Origin: Macrostomum lignano
Taxonomy: Eukaryota
NCBI GenBank assembly: GCA_002269645.1
Contig: NIVC01002729.1
Span: 33,289-97,288, forward strand
Direction of reading: 5' to 3'
DNA length: 64,000 nucleotides
Below, in pieces: positions 1 through 11,588 of this stretch. The translations under genes were made by a program, and so were the position numbers. The notes under the pieces were generated by a model. That model was not told where the DNA came from, did no database searches, and saw only the letters and a list, made by a program, of their open reading frames with translations. Position 1 is the stretch's first letter; each line of letters begins with the position of its first letter.

Positions 1-804
1 ATCGAGGGCGCTGATATCTGAGTTTGGCGCCTAATTAATGAGCATCGAGGGCGCTGATATCTGAGTTTGGTGCCTAATTAATGAGCATCGAGGGCGCTGA
101 TATCTGAGTTTGGCGCCTAATTAATAAGCATCGAGGGCGCTGATATCTGAGTTTGGCGCCGAATTATTGAGCATCGAGGGCGCTGATATCTGAGTTTGGC
201 GCCTAATTAATGAGCATCGAGGGCGCTGATATTTGAGCTTTGGCGCCTAATTAATGAGCATCGAGGGCGCTGATATTTGAGCTTTGGCGCCTAATTAACG
301 AGCATCGAGGGCGCTGATATTTGAGCTTTGGCGCCTAATTAACGAGCATCGAGGGCGCTGATATTTGAGCTTTTGCGCCGAATTAATGAGCATCGAGGGC
401 GCTGATATTTGAGCTTTTGCGCCGAATTATTGAGCATCGAGGGCGCTGATATCTGAGTTTTGGCGCCTAATTAATGAGCATCGAGGGCGCTGATATCTGA
501 GTTTGGCGCCGAATTAATGAGCATAGAGGGCGCTGATATTTGAGCTTTGGCGCCGAATTATTGAGCATCGAGGGCGCTGATATTTGAGCTTTGGCGCATA
601 ATTAACGAGCATCGAGGGCGCTGATATTTGAGCTTTTGCGCCGAATTAATGAGCATCGAGGGCGCTGATATTTGAGCTTTTGCGCCGAATTAATGAGCAT
701 CGAGGGCGCTGATATTTGAGCTTTTGCGCCGAATTAATGAGCATCGAGGGCGCTGATATTTGAGCTTTGGCGCCGAATTAATGAGCATCGAGGGCGCTGA
801 TATC
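1..804. repeat. Tandem array, 43/44-bp unit, ~18 copies, runs off the window start
   Basis: Unit ATCGAGGGCGCTGATATCTGAGTTTGGCGCCTAATTAATGAGC recurs at 1, 44, ...; 44-bp variants carry TTTGAGCTTT; array ends at GATATC ~804. Confidence 0.95.
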
Positions 805-1651
805 ACTGCACTTCGCAGTCCATATTCTCCGTTTCAATCCCAGCGTGCTGTCCTTGTATTGAATAAGGTCAAAGCTCCTTCGATCACGCTACATGACGTC
901 ACTTTTGTCACGTGAGACCTGCCTCCCTCGTTTTTCGCTGCGTGATTGAATTGATTGAATTGTTCCTAGTAGCACCAGAAATGAGACGACGCGCCTGCGT
1001 ATCTCAATTGGATCTCAACCTGACTGAACTTAACTGCACAGAACAAAGCGCACAGAACCACAGACTGAGTTGTTCGAGAAAATGAATTAATTTTATTAAA
1101 CTAATTACAATTTCAATTCAATTAAACCAATCAGCTTAAAGCATTTTAAATGAAATTGAACACGAGTCTGTAAGCAACGAAGTGTTTCGCGCCCTGCTTG
1201 AAATTCCTTAGTTGCAGTGAGGAGTTTGCTTTTTCTATTTGCTAAATAAAGTCTAACCCAGTGAAATAAAACTTCCTGAAATTTTCTTTGTCGACAAAGA
1301 AATCGCCTGATGATTTGTTTTTCTACCGGGGACAGATCTCTACAAGGAATTGTGGCAACGTCTTGGTCACGCACTCTCCGGGTCTTCTACCTGAGGCTCG
1401 GCAGCTGCTGCAGAACTTCATTTAGTCTGTCCCCATGGCGCCCAGACTGGTGCAGGACCGGAGCAGCTGGTGCCACCGCGAACAAAAGCCGCCTGGAAGT
1501 TGTTTTTGCCACAGACTTTAGTGCTTGCTTATAGCCGGATAAAAAAATTATCCCTCAAATACACAGTTAGAATCATTTCGCTCTCAACTAAGCCTCGTTC
1601 AGTTCAATCATTTAATTGAAGTGGAAGATAAACTTATGATCAAATTGTACT

Positions 1652-2724
1652 GCGTCCCACCAAAGGACCAAGATTAAAGGGTCCATTTCCCATTTCCTTT
1701 GGCTTCCCACCAAAGGACCAAGATTAAAGGGTCCATTTCCCATTTCCTTTGGCTTCCCACCAAAGGACCAAGATTAATGGAAATGGCGTCCCACTAAAGG
1801 ACCAAGATTAATAGAAATGGCGTCCCACTAAAGGACCAAGATTAAGGGAAATGGCGTCCCACCCACTAAAGGACCAAGATTAAGGGAAATGGCGTCCCAC
1901 CCACTAAAGGACCAAGATTAAGGGAAATGGCGTCCCATCCACTAAAGGACCAAGATTAAGGGAAATGGCGTTTCAACTACTAAAGGACCAAGATTAAGGA
2001 AAATGGCGTTCCAACCACTAAAGGACCAAGATTAAGGGAAATGGCGTCCCACCCACTAAAGGACCAAGATTAAAGGAAAATGGCGTCCCACCAAAGGAAC
2101 AAAATTAAAGGGTCCATTTCCCTTTTTTGGCTTCCCACCAAAGGACCAAGATTAATAGAAATGGCGTCCCACTAAAGGACCAAGATTAAGGGAAATGGCG
2201 TCCCACCCACTAAAGGACCAAGATTAAAGGAAAATGGCGTCCCACCAAAGGAACAAAATTAAAGGGTCCATTTCCCTTTTTTGGCTTCCCACCAAAGGAC
2301 CAAGATTAATAGAAATGGCGTCCCACTAAAGGACCAAGATTAAGGGAAATGGCGTCCCACCCACTAAAGGACCAAGATTAAGGGAAATGGCGTCCCACCC
2401 ACTAAAGGACCAAGATTAAAGGAAAATGGCGTCCCACCAAAGGACCAAGATTAATAGAAATGGCGTCCCACTAAAGGACCAAGATTAAGGGAAATGGCGT
2501 CCCACCCACTAAAGGACCAAGATTAAGGGAAATGGCGTCCCACCCACTAAAGGACCAAGATTAATGGAAATGGCGTTCCAACCACTAAAGGACCAAGATT
2601 AATGGAAATGGCGTCCCACCAAAGGACCAAGATTAAAGGAAAATGGCGTCCCACCAAAGGACCAAAATTAAGGGAAATGGCGTCCCACCAAAGGACCAAG
2701 ATTAGGGAAATGGCATTCCACCCA
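1652..2724. repeat. Tandem array, 34-38-bp core unit with longer variant units
   Basis: CCCAC(CCAC)TAAAGGACCAAGATTAAGGGAAATGGCGT repeated; variants carrying GGGTCCATTTCCC...TTTGGCTT recur periodically. Confidence 0.93.
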
Positions 2725-3362
2725 ATGAAATAGTTGCCCGCAGCCGAATTTCATAGATAACAATGCAACAAACGCGCTAATATTTGGTAGCTAAGCGAAA
2801 CACCGATGCAACAAAAACCAGAAATAATAAGCAACTAATTGCGAATGATTGCAAAATTTAATGATCACTTTTTGTTGGCAGCTCCAAACAGGGGGTTGCA
2901 ATGATTGAACAATAGAAAAAATTACCTTGGCTTACAATCTGTTAGACCTGTGAATGCCAACCGAAATAACCCAGAGAATTTGTGACGGTAAGCGGGTGCC
3001 ATCAGCTGATTCTCCCTTTCTCCTCTCTCTCTCTCTCGCTGCTCTATTTTTTTTACTAATCACTTTAAGCTAGCGGGGTCTCAAGTGGTTTTGTTTAATC
3101 CACTTAAAAAAGCAACGCCGGCACGACAGCAGCTGAGAGCAAAAAATGAACCAAATTAAAATTTTCTGACTTTTTCAGTTTAAATTTTAATATGCCTGGG
3201 CTGGTCTAAACATCGCTTTTTAGAATCATTTTTAAAAAGAAACGAGTCGCAAATACACTTCTAAATATACTACTAGTGAGTAGTGAATGATGTAGCGCAT
3301 CGCTTATAAATGCAAGTAGGTTTAGGAGCAGAGAAGTCTCAGGCAAAGGAGGTGGCGGATGT

Positions 3363-4203
3363 CAGATGAGACAGTCAAGTGTCAGACATAAGAGAGACAA
3401 GTGTCAGAAATAAGAGAGAGAGTCAAATGTCAGACAAAAGAGAGACAGTCAAGTGTCAGACTTTAGACAGTCAAGTGTCAGACTAAAGAGAGACAGTCAA
3501 GTGTCAGACAAAAGAGAGACAGTCAAGTGTCAGACAAAAGAGAGACAGTCAAGTGTCAGACATAAGAGAGATAGTCAAGTGTCAGACAAAAGAGAGACAG
3601 TCAATTGTCAGACAAAAGAGCGACAGTCAAGTGTCAGACATAAGAGAGACAGTCAAGTGTCAGACTAAAGAGAGACAGTCAAGTGTCAGACATAAGAGAG
3701 ACAGTCAAGTGTCAGACTAAAGAGAGACAGTCAAGTGTCAGACTAAAGAGAGACAGTCAAGTGTCAGACATAAGAGAGACAGTCAAGTGTCAGACATAAG
3801 AGAGAGAGTCAAGTGTCAGACATAAGAGAGACAGTCAAGTGTCAGACAAAAGAGAGACAGTCAAGTGTCAGACATAAGAGAGACAGTCAAGAAGTGTCAG
3901 ACATAAGAGAGACAGTCAAGTGTCAGACATAAGAGAGACAGTCAAGTGTCAGACATAAGAGAGACAGTCAAGTGTCAGACAAAAGAGAGACAGTCAAGTG
4001 TCAGACATAAGAGAGACAGTCAAGTGTCAGACTAAAGAGAGACAGTCAAGTGTCAGACTAAAGAGAGACAGTCAAGTGTCAGACATAAGAGAGACAGTCA
4101 AGTGTCAGACATAAGAGAGACAGTCAAGTGTCAGACATAAGAGAGAGAGTCAAGTGTCAGACATAAGAGAGACAGTCAAGTGTCAGACTAAAGAGAGACA
4201 GTC
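3363..4203. repeat. Tandem array, 26-bp unit
   Basis: CAGACATAAGAGAGACAGTCAAGTGT repeated ~32 times; explains ORF 3453-3668. Confidence 0.95.
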
Positions 4204-4660
4204 TTTGTTTACAAAAGTTTTTTGTTTTAATCTTGTCTATCACTTACAAATCGATGTGGCATCGATGTCGCCTCAGCGATGTGACATTGGCGCTGGAAAA
4301 TTGTGGCAGTAATACAACGAAGATCGAGTTCTAAATTTCTATGAGAAAATGACTGTAAATTATGTCAGCTAGATTCCATATCTGTAAAGTTCTGTGCCAC
4401 ATTGATCCCACTAAGGCTGTAGTGCGAGATTATAATTAAAATTCTTAATTAACTTTTGTAGAACCGAATGCTTCAAGCAAATTTTTATTAGAGCTCAGCT
4501 CTGTAATTAGACCTAAGCGATTGTATTTATATTCAGCATTGAAAAGTAATATGGCTATTAGTAGTATGACTGAAATCATTTATTAGGAAAAATTTTTTGG
4601 CGAAATTGAAAAGAAAATAAGAGAAAATACGCTCGTAGCTCTAGTTATGTGCCACATGTC

Positions 4661-5569
4661 TCACCTATTAGACAGATGCATCACCTGTTAGACAGGTGGG
4701 ACGTCGCTTGTTAGACAGGTGTGACGTCGCTTGTTAGACAGGTGTGACGTCGCTTGTTAGACAGGTGTGACGTCGCTTGTTAGACAGGTGTGACGTCGCT
4801 TGTTAGACAGGTGTGACGTCGCTTGTTAGACAGGTGGGACGTCGCTTGTTAGACAGGTGGGACGTCGCTTGTTAGACAGGTGTGTCACCTGCTAGACAGA
4901 TATGACGTCGCTTGTTAGACAGGTGTGTCACTGTTAGACAGGTGTGTCAACTGTTAGACAGGTGTGTCAACTGTTAGACAGGTGTGTCACTGTTAGACAG
5001 GTGTGTCACTGTTAGACAGGTGTGTCAACTGTTAGACAGGTGTGTCACTGTTAGACAGGTGTGTCAACTGTTAGACAGGTGTGTCACTGTTAGACAGGTG
5101 TGTCAACTGTTAGACAGGTGTGTCAACTGTTAGACAGGTGTGTCAACTGTTTAGACAGGTGTGTCAACTGTTTAGACAGGTGTGTCAACTGTTTAGACAG
5201 GTGTGTCAACTGTTTAGACAGGTGTGTCAACTGTTTAGACAGGTGTGTCAACTGTTTAGACAGGTGTGTCAACTGTTTAGACAGGTGTGTCAACTGTTTA
5301 GACAGGTGTGTCAACTGTTTAGACAGGTGTGTCAACTGTTTAGACAGGTGTGTCAACTGTTTAGACAGGTGTGTCAACTGTTTAGACAGGTGTGTCAACT
5401 GTTTAGACAGGTGTGTCAACTGTTTAGACAGGTGTGTCAACTGTTTAGACAGGTGTGTCAACTGTTTAGACAGGTGTGTCAACTGTTTAGACAGGTGTGT
5501 CAACTGTTTAGACAGGTGTGTCAACTGTTTAGACCGGTGTGTCAACTGTTAGACAGGTGTGTCAACTGT
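4661..5569. repeat. Tandem array grading from 23-bp to 19/20-bp to 21-bp units
   Basis: TTAGACAGGTGTGACGTCGCTTG (~4690-4920), then GTGTCA(A)CTGTTAGACAGGT, then homogeneous GTGTCAACTGTTTAGACAGGT (~5145-5545); explains ORFs 5100-5590. Confidence 0.95.
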
Positions 5570-6371
5570 AAAATAGGGGTGCCATCATAAAGTAAATCTT
5601 ATAAATACAGTAAAAATTGCCTTAAACGAAGCATAGAGATAGTCTAATTAGATCCAGGCAGAATTCATCTTTAAATAATTTAAAAATCAAGGGTGCAATG
5701 AGTTCGGTTCGATACAGATTATTACGAGCTATTTTATTGAAATTAAAAGTAATTTTTAAACGGAAGTCTACCAACCAGCCACATGACTTGCGCGTCACTT
5801 TCGCCTATCCACCTAATTCGAAATCGGAAGAGTTTTCCTGATGTATAACTTTTTCATTGCTCGAGGTTCATCCTCTTAAGGCAGTAAACAGTTCGTTCGC
5901 ATTCGATAAGCTCGTACAAGTAAATCCTGGAAAAGTTAATTTTCAGTCTTTGCAGCGACGAATTTCACATTTCCGGCCCCAATGGCTATCGTGAGGGCAT
6001 CGATTACTGGTGTATTTACCCGCGTGTCCAGACTGTACATGTGGATGCATGTATGAGGCTGTTAGTCATGCCTAATAAACACAGATGTCGAAGCATTACA
6101 ATACAAACCCAATAGCTTATTTGGGTAGGCATTAAAGCCTATAATTATAAATCACTTTTAAAATGGGTACGCGGAGCTCATGGACAACCAGCGTATGGAG
6201 TTCTTAATTTTGAATCTTGGAATAGAAAACTCGTGTCGTTAAGCATGGATTTCTAGTTATAGATGTACGTGTAGCTATATGCACGTGTAGATTTCGGAAC
6301 GGTTGCTTGGGTTTTTAGAAATACATTAAGAACCAATAGAGTAACTGTTTAATAGACGCTCGTGTTAGTAT

Positions 6372-6417
6372 CAAGGACTTCTAGACTAACTAGTCTAGTT
6401 TAGTCTAGAAGTCCTTG
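6372..6417. mobile_element. 46-bp palindromic mini-MITE with 8-bp target-site duplication (hAT-like)
   Basis: CAAGGACTTCTAGACTAACTAG-T-CTAGTTTAGTCTAGAAGTCCTTG is a near-perfect palindrome (one extra T). It is flanked by GTTAGTAT at 6364-6371 and 6418-6425. 8-bp TSDs are typical of hAT elements. Confidence 0.7.
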
Positions 6418-6788
6418 GTTAGTATCTGTATGAATTCTACTAGCATAAAAGTCTGGAAAGGAAAGCGTATATACTGCACCGAATTTCCTTGTAGCTACAG
6501 AAATTTAAGCCTGGTCATTTGCTGAAAGCATTCCAATAAAAGCTACATAGCCTATATCAAGAGAGGACTGAGAGATATACAAGGCTGTGCAGAGCCAGCT
6601 GACACATTTAATCAGTTTTATCAGATCCAATAGTTTTATAAACTTGTCACCATCGCTCCTTTATAGACTTTATAGTTAGCAGCTTTCAACCTGCGCCAGG
6701 TCTTTCAGGTGAATTTCTGAATTTCCTATATATTTCGCATTTATCGCAACAGGTTTTCAGTGGACGAATACAACTAAGAGCAACAGGT

Positions 6789-8987
6789 ATGAGCTTTCTG
6801 CAACGATGCATCTGGCCTCATGGAAGGTAAGTAAAAATGATTACTCGTTTGAAAAATTAAAATCGTAGATTTTGCAGCAGAATTTTCAATATAATAAAAC
6901 CCATTTTGCCCCTCTTTCAGCGACGAGAATTTGCACCTGGCAGACAGACAAGACGCCGAGACCCGCTACAGCAGCTGGCTGGTGATGTCGCCCATTGAGT
7001 TCCCCGGTCGAGAACCCGGGACTGTGACTTTTTCAAGGCGGGTGAGTAACGTCGCTGTAGAGCATTCAAAATTACAGTGGTAGATTTTTTTCATCATGAC
7101 CGGCTTTTGCTGTGAAACGCATTTTAACATAGCTACAAGTAGTTGTATCCTCTGAAAGACCCCGTGGAAGTAGTTGTGTCCTCTGAGACCCCGTGGAAGT
7201 AGTTGTGTCCTCTGAGACCCCGTGGAAGTAGTTGTGGCCTCTGAGACCCCGTGGAAGTAGTTGTGGCCTCTGAAAGACCCCCGTGGAAGCATTTATGTCC
7301 TCTGAAAGACCTCGTGGAAGTAGTTGTGGCCTCTGAAAGACCTCGTGGAAGTAGTTGTGTCCTCTGAAAGACCCCGTGGAAGTAGTTGTGTCCTCTGAGA
7401 CCCCGTGGAAGTAGTTGTGGCCTCTGAAAGACCCCCGTGGAAGTATTTATGTCCTCTGAAAGACCCCGCGAAAGTAGTAGTGGCCTCTGAAAGACCCCGT
7501 GGAAGTAGTTGTGTCCTCTGAAAGACCTCGTGGAAGTAGTTGTGGCCTCTGAAAGACCCCCTAGTTGTGTCGTCTGAAAAACAACGTGGAATAAGTTGTG
7601 GCTTCTGAAAGACCCTGTGGAAGTAGTTGTGTCCTGAAGGCTCTGGACGAAGTGGCGTCCAAAGGACTCAAATATCTTTTCAGGCACTTTTTTCTGATGC
7701 ATCATCTAATTGTTGCACCTTCTCCGCGACACAGCACTGGAAGCGACAGTTCTTTGAGCTATCGCTGGTCCGCGGCCAGACCACCCAGGACACCAACCGG
7801 TTCCATCTGATCTGCTATTCCAAAAACGATCGCAACAAGCGACCGAAAGGCTGCATCGATCTGAACACTGTGACGGACCTGCGCAAGATGTCCGTGCCAC
7901 CGGATGAACTGCTGGCGACGCTGAGCAGGAAGCATCTCTGCGAGGATTGCCAGTTGATGGATGCCGACCCTAGGCGTCGAGTTCTCATCTGCGATCAGCT
8001 GCCGTTCTTCAGCTTCGAGGCGATGTTCGGCGAGCACCGCGGTCGGGTCTACTTGTTGGCTGAGGATGCCAGGCAGATGCTGGATTGGGTGAGGCTGCTC
8101 TGCTCAGTTTTTTGTGCATTTATTCTTGCGTCTTTTTGAGAAGATGCTCAAACCAAAGAGCACCTTGTCAAGAAGGTGCTTAGAAAAATATGCTCTTTGG
8201 CTTGTATCTTTCTGCAGATTTCACAGTTTACATCACCAAGCGTTCAACCGACGCTTTCCAGGTGCGCCAATTAAGCTCCGCTTGCGGCATGCCAGACGCT
8301 CAAAACGCGAAACCCCTAGGAATGCCACATGCCATTCCATCACCGGTAACGCCTGTAGCTCCGCTTCTGCCAATTCCTCGACCTTGGGGCGGTGAAGTCA
8401 ACGCCAACACTAACCGGCGTCGCTCTGGCAGTCCAGATGGCCGCCACCAGCCTGTTGTTGACTCGGCTGTCGACTTTGAAATCTACAACAGTTCGGCTTT
8501 AGCTGATTTAGCTGACGAGACCTACGGAGTTGTTGGGGGAAATCAATTAGCTGACGAGACCTACGGAGTTGTTGGGGGAAATCAATCAGCTGACGAGACC
8601 TACGGCAATCTGCTGAGCTCAAGCCGCGATGACACCTATGGAGAACTGCTGAACACAACCGGAGATGACACCTACGGAGATCTTCGAAACGCTGGCAGTC
8701 AAGAGGACGACGGCCTCTACGGGCGTATTGATGCTGCCAGTCTAAAAAAGAAAATGATGACGACAACTGCGCCCGGGGCGGCGGTAGCCAGGGAGAGCGT
8801 CGATAGTGGCGCATTCGACGCGCCGCCGAGCATCGCGCCGCGCCAGTTCCGGCCGCAGAATAGCGGCAAAGGCGTAGTCAGGCAGTCGTCTACAGACTAC
8901 GAAAACCTCAACCAGCTTAGTGCGTTGGTTGGCGCCGCTAATGCACCAGATAATGTGTACGGCAACGTGTCGGACATGCAAAAGTGA
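6789..8987 (+). CDS. GAB/DOS-like PH-domain adaptor, ~412 aa; exons 6789-6826, 6921-7041, 7735-8088, 8262-8987
   Basis: All introns are GT-AG and phases match. The spliced PH domain (YSSWLVMSP...SRR|HWKRQFFEL...LICYSKNDRNKRPKGCIDLN...RVYLLAEDARQMLDW|VRQLSSACG) parallels recalled GAB1 PH (GWLRKSP...AWKRRWFVL...YYKNDHAKKPIRIIDLN...[23 protein letters not shown]). The tail is disordered with many acidic-Tyr motifs. The first exon is the least certain. Confidence 0.8.
7136..7636. repeat. Intronic tandem array, 29-32-bp unit (intron 2 of the PH-domain gene)
   Basis: GTGGAAGTAGTTGTGTCCTCTGA(AA)GACCCC with starts at 7164, 7193, 7222... Confidence 0.92.
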
Positions 8988-10029
8988 CCTTCTGCCGCAG
9001 TTTGCTCACTTGCAAAAACACTCTGTGGATTGTCAATTTTCCTCCTGTGGTTTCTTCTCATCGAACATCTATACGTAATGAATGGCTTCAATCAATTCAA
9101 TACGCCCAGTGAATTTTTGTATTGCACACGTGAATTTCGGCGACTGTTAACAGAACACAAAATTAAGCTTAATTTACGTAGGATAGCATGCAGGGTTTAG
9201 ACAGAATTATCTTTAATCTTTAATCCATAAATCACATGACGAAATTTTTCCTTAGCTATTTAATGGCTGTGTGAATGAGCCTTCCCTTTGAGAATTCATT
9301 TGATATATATGGTCCGGTGTGTCAATTATGACTTCATTAACGAAGACTCTAAATTTTAGTTTAATTTGCGAGCGTACTACTATAGTACGAGCGTATATCC
9401 GATTTATAGGGATTTTTAGCCCTGTCAAAATGGTGAAAATCATTTGAATTTAGGATAGGCTCCCCTTCCAAGCAAAAAGCTTCCATTTTGTCATTGTATT
9501 TTTGCTAAGCTAGACTTTTAACTATATGATAAAATTAAATTTAAAAAGTCGAAAACTTTTTTAAGAAATTAACTGTTGTAAATTTTTCAGTGCCTTTCTG
9601 GCTGTAATTTTAACTACTTAAATAATTACACTATTTTTTGAAAATCTATATTAAGCACTAATTTTGTACATATTTCTCTGCAAATTTCTATACAAAACTA
9701 ATAAAAATTAAACGAAAATGGCTAAGATATTTCTCCCTCTCCGTAGTTACGTCTCAACAGTTTAAACAGTTAAGCCAAATCCAAGGACGATTTTAATTCA
9801 TAATTTAGCAGTCATTGTAATTCATACTTTTTAAATAAATTTGATAGAAATCCTCAAATAATAGAGATGAATTATTAACCATTGTTAATGATGTTACTAA
9901 AATTATTTAAGAAGTTATTAGTTATAAGTTATTTAAACGAGCGTAAGTTACTAAATAATTAAAATAAAACGATATAATTGTACTAATGTGGCAAGTCATG
10001 TTTGAGCCATGGATCGTGCTCTGTGTGTC

Positions 10030-10452
10030 AGATGACATCGAGGCTGCAATTTTATGCCGAGACGCTGATGGACAGGTGACGGAGCTTCCGCGTTGTCAGC
10101 AGTTCGTCTACCTCGGCCAAGCGACCTGTTGCGCTGTCGGCGACTTCAGTTGGCAGGCCACATCATCCACGCAGAGTCGTACTGCCCACAGCCGGTGCAG
10201 GAGGTGCTTCTGCTGCCGGAGTCCAACAGGCGCAGACCGGCTGTGGCGCGCAGCGCTACGCAGGTGACGGCGCGTTGCGGCTCCGGCAGCTGCAGGCACC
10301 CTACCGGCGGGGGCAGGCCCGCACTCGGCGTTTCGTCGACTGCCTGCTGGCTGACGCCGGCGCCCCGGATTCGGTCGGCGGCATGGCTTTCGTTCGCGAC
10401 CTGGCCCTGAGGCGCGCCCTGTGACGTTGACCGCGTATTTTGTTGTTGTTGT
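10030..10452 (+). mobile_element. Degenerate 3' end of a non-LTR retrotransposon (RTE-like)
   Basis: Fragments read CRDADGQVTELPRCQQFVYLG (late RT motif), then RPSDLLRCRRLQLAGHII...PQPVQEVLLL, then YRRGQARTRRFVDCLLADAG...RRAL* (stop 10422-10424), followed by a (TTG)n-like tail. The linker between the first two blocks appears deleted. Confidence 0.7.
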
Positions 10453-10579
10453 GTCGCTGCAAATAATATAATGAGTTTCCTAGGTACTTGGCACCACCAT
10501 TGTGCATCCCAAGGCTACAACAAGAACTAATATCCAGTCCAGAAATTTTCATTATTATTAAACAGACACTGGCACAGGG

Positions 10580-11505
10580 GGGTCAGCAAAGCACCTGTTG
10601 GTGGAAAACAGCTGAGTCCAGCGTAGCTGCAGACTGAGGGGTCAGGCACAGAGCCTGCAAGTCAGAGAGCAAAGTGTCAGCCAGAGTGGTGCAGCGGGCC
10701 TGGCCGCGCGGCAGAGTCTCCCACAGGGCCGGCTGAGCAGCTGGTCGGCCAGCGGGGGCCCGGCGTTCCGTGCATGGGCACGCACACAGTGGCCGATCAA
10801 CATCTGGCGTCGCCTCTGCAGAGTGCGGCCAAAGGGGCGGCACGCTGGTCCGGCCCGCCAGCTCGGCGTTGCTCAGGCACTTCCAGGGCGTTGTGCACGA
10901 GATGGCGATGGCAGGCCTCCAAGCTCGTCTCACAAGTGGCCGTCATGGAAACAGCCTCCAGCCCGTAGGTCAACTGCCCAGCGGAATAGGGCGACCTTCA
11001 GGCTGTCGGTGGCGAGCCGGCAATTGAAGATAGAGCGGAAAAATTGGGAGGCCCGCCAAGCCTGCTGCTAACGGTTGTTGACAATGGCATCCGGGTCAGT
11101 GACCAGGACGCCCAAATACTTGAACTAGTTGCACTGGGCGATGGTGTTGCCGTCCGGTATGTTGTCCTCTGTCTTGCCGTAGTTGATTTGGAGCCACATG
11201 CGTCTCCCCTCATCAGTCAGCCGACTCACCGCCCTCTACGCAGCTTTGGGGCTGCAGCAGATCAGCGCCAGGTCGTTGGGTTAGGCGAGGCAGGTCAGCT
11301 TGACACAGGGAAAGCGGAAGCCGTCTTCATCCCGCAGAGCCAACCCCATGAGGTAGTCGATCAGGAAGACAAATAAAAATGGGGATAAGGTGTCCTCTTG
11401 CCGGACCCCCGGGTGGTGGCAAATTCAAATGTAGGGCCGTGGTCAGTCTGGACAACAGCCTTGGACGAGCTGTAGAGGTCCATGATTGCCTGGACTAGCA
11501 GCTGA
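10580..11505 (-). mobile_element. Decayed non-LTR retrotransposon RT fragment with stops and frameshifts
   Basis: Minus-strand frames give LLVQAIMDLY...TTRGVRQEDTLSPFLFVFLIDYLM, KLTCLA*PNDLALI (degenerate YADD box), QINYGKTE, FKYLGVLV, LTYGLEAVSMT, LSNAELAGR and RRQMLIGHCVR. Confidence 0.8.
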
Positions 11506-11523
11506 GGAACTCAATGGGTCTAC

Positions 11524-11588
11524 GGCTGCCTCGTCTGCCAACTCATTGCCGACCAGGCTTACCGTGGGCTGAGACCCACTGCAACCGG
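11524..11588 (-). mobile_element. Short RNase H-like C-terminal motif fragment
   Basis: Reads LQWVSAHG...GNELADEAA (with a frame slip), resembling the WVPAH-x-G-x-GNE-x-AD motif of RNase H; abuts the RT fragment upstream. Confidence 0.5.

Noticed and set aside
1105-1534. ORFs 1105-1374 (-) and 1310-1534 (+)
   Set aside because: No recognisable domain and no joinable splice partners.
1652-2724. TTAAGGG as a telomere-like motif
   Set aside because: It occurs once per 34-38-bp unit and is not a (TTAGGG)n tract.
1-5569. CRISPR-like appearance of regular 20-45-bp repeats here and elsewhere
   Set aside because: Units are contiguous with no unique spacers, there are no cas genes, and the context is eukaryotic.
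8089-8261. ORF track extensions 7627-8139 and 8190-start
   Set aside because: Intronic; splicing DW|VRQLSSACG restores the PH C-terminal helix.
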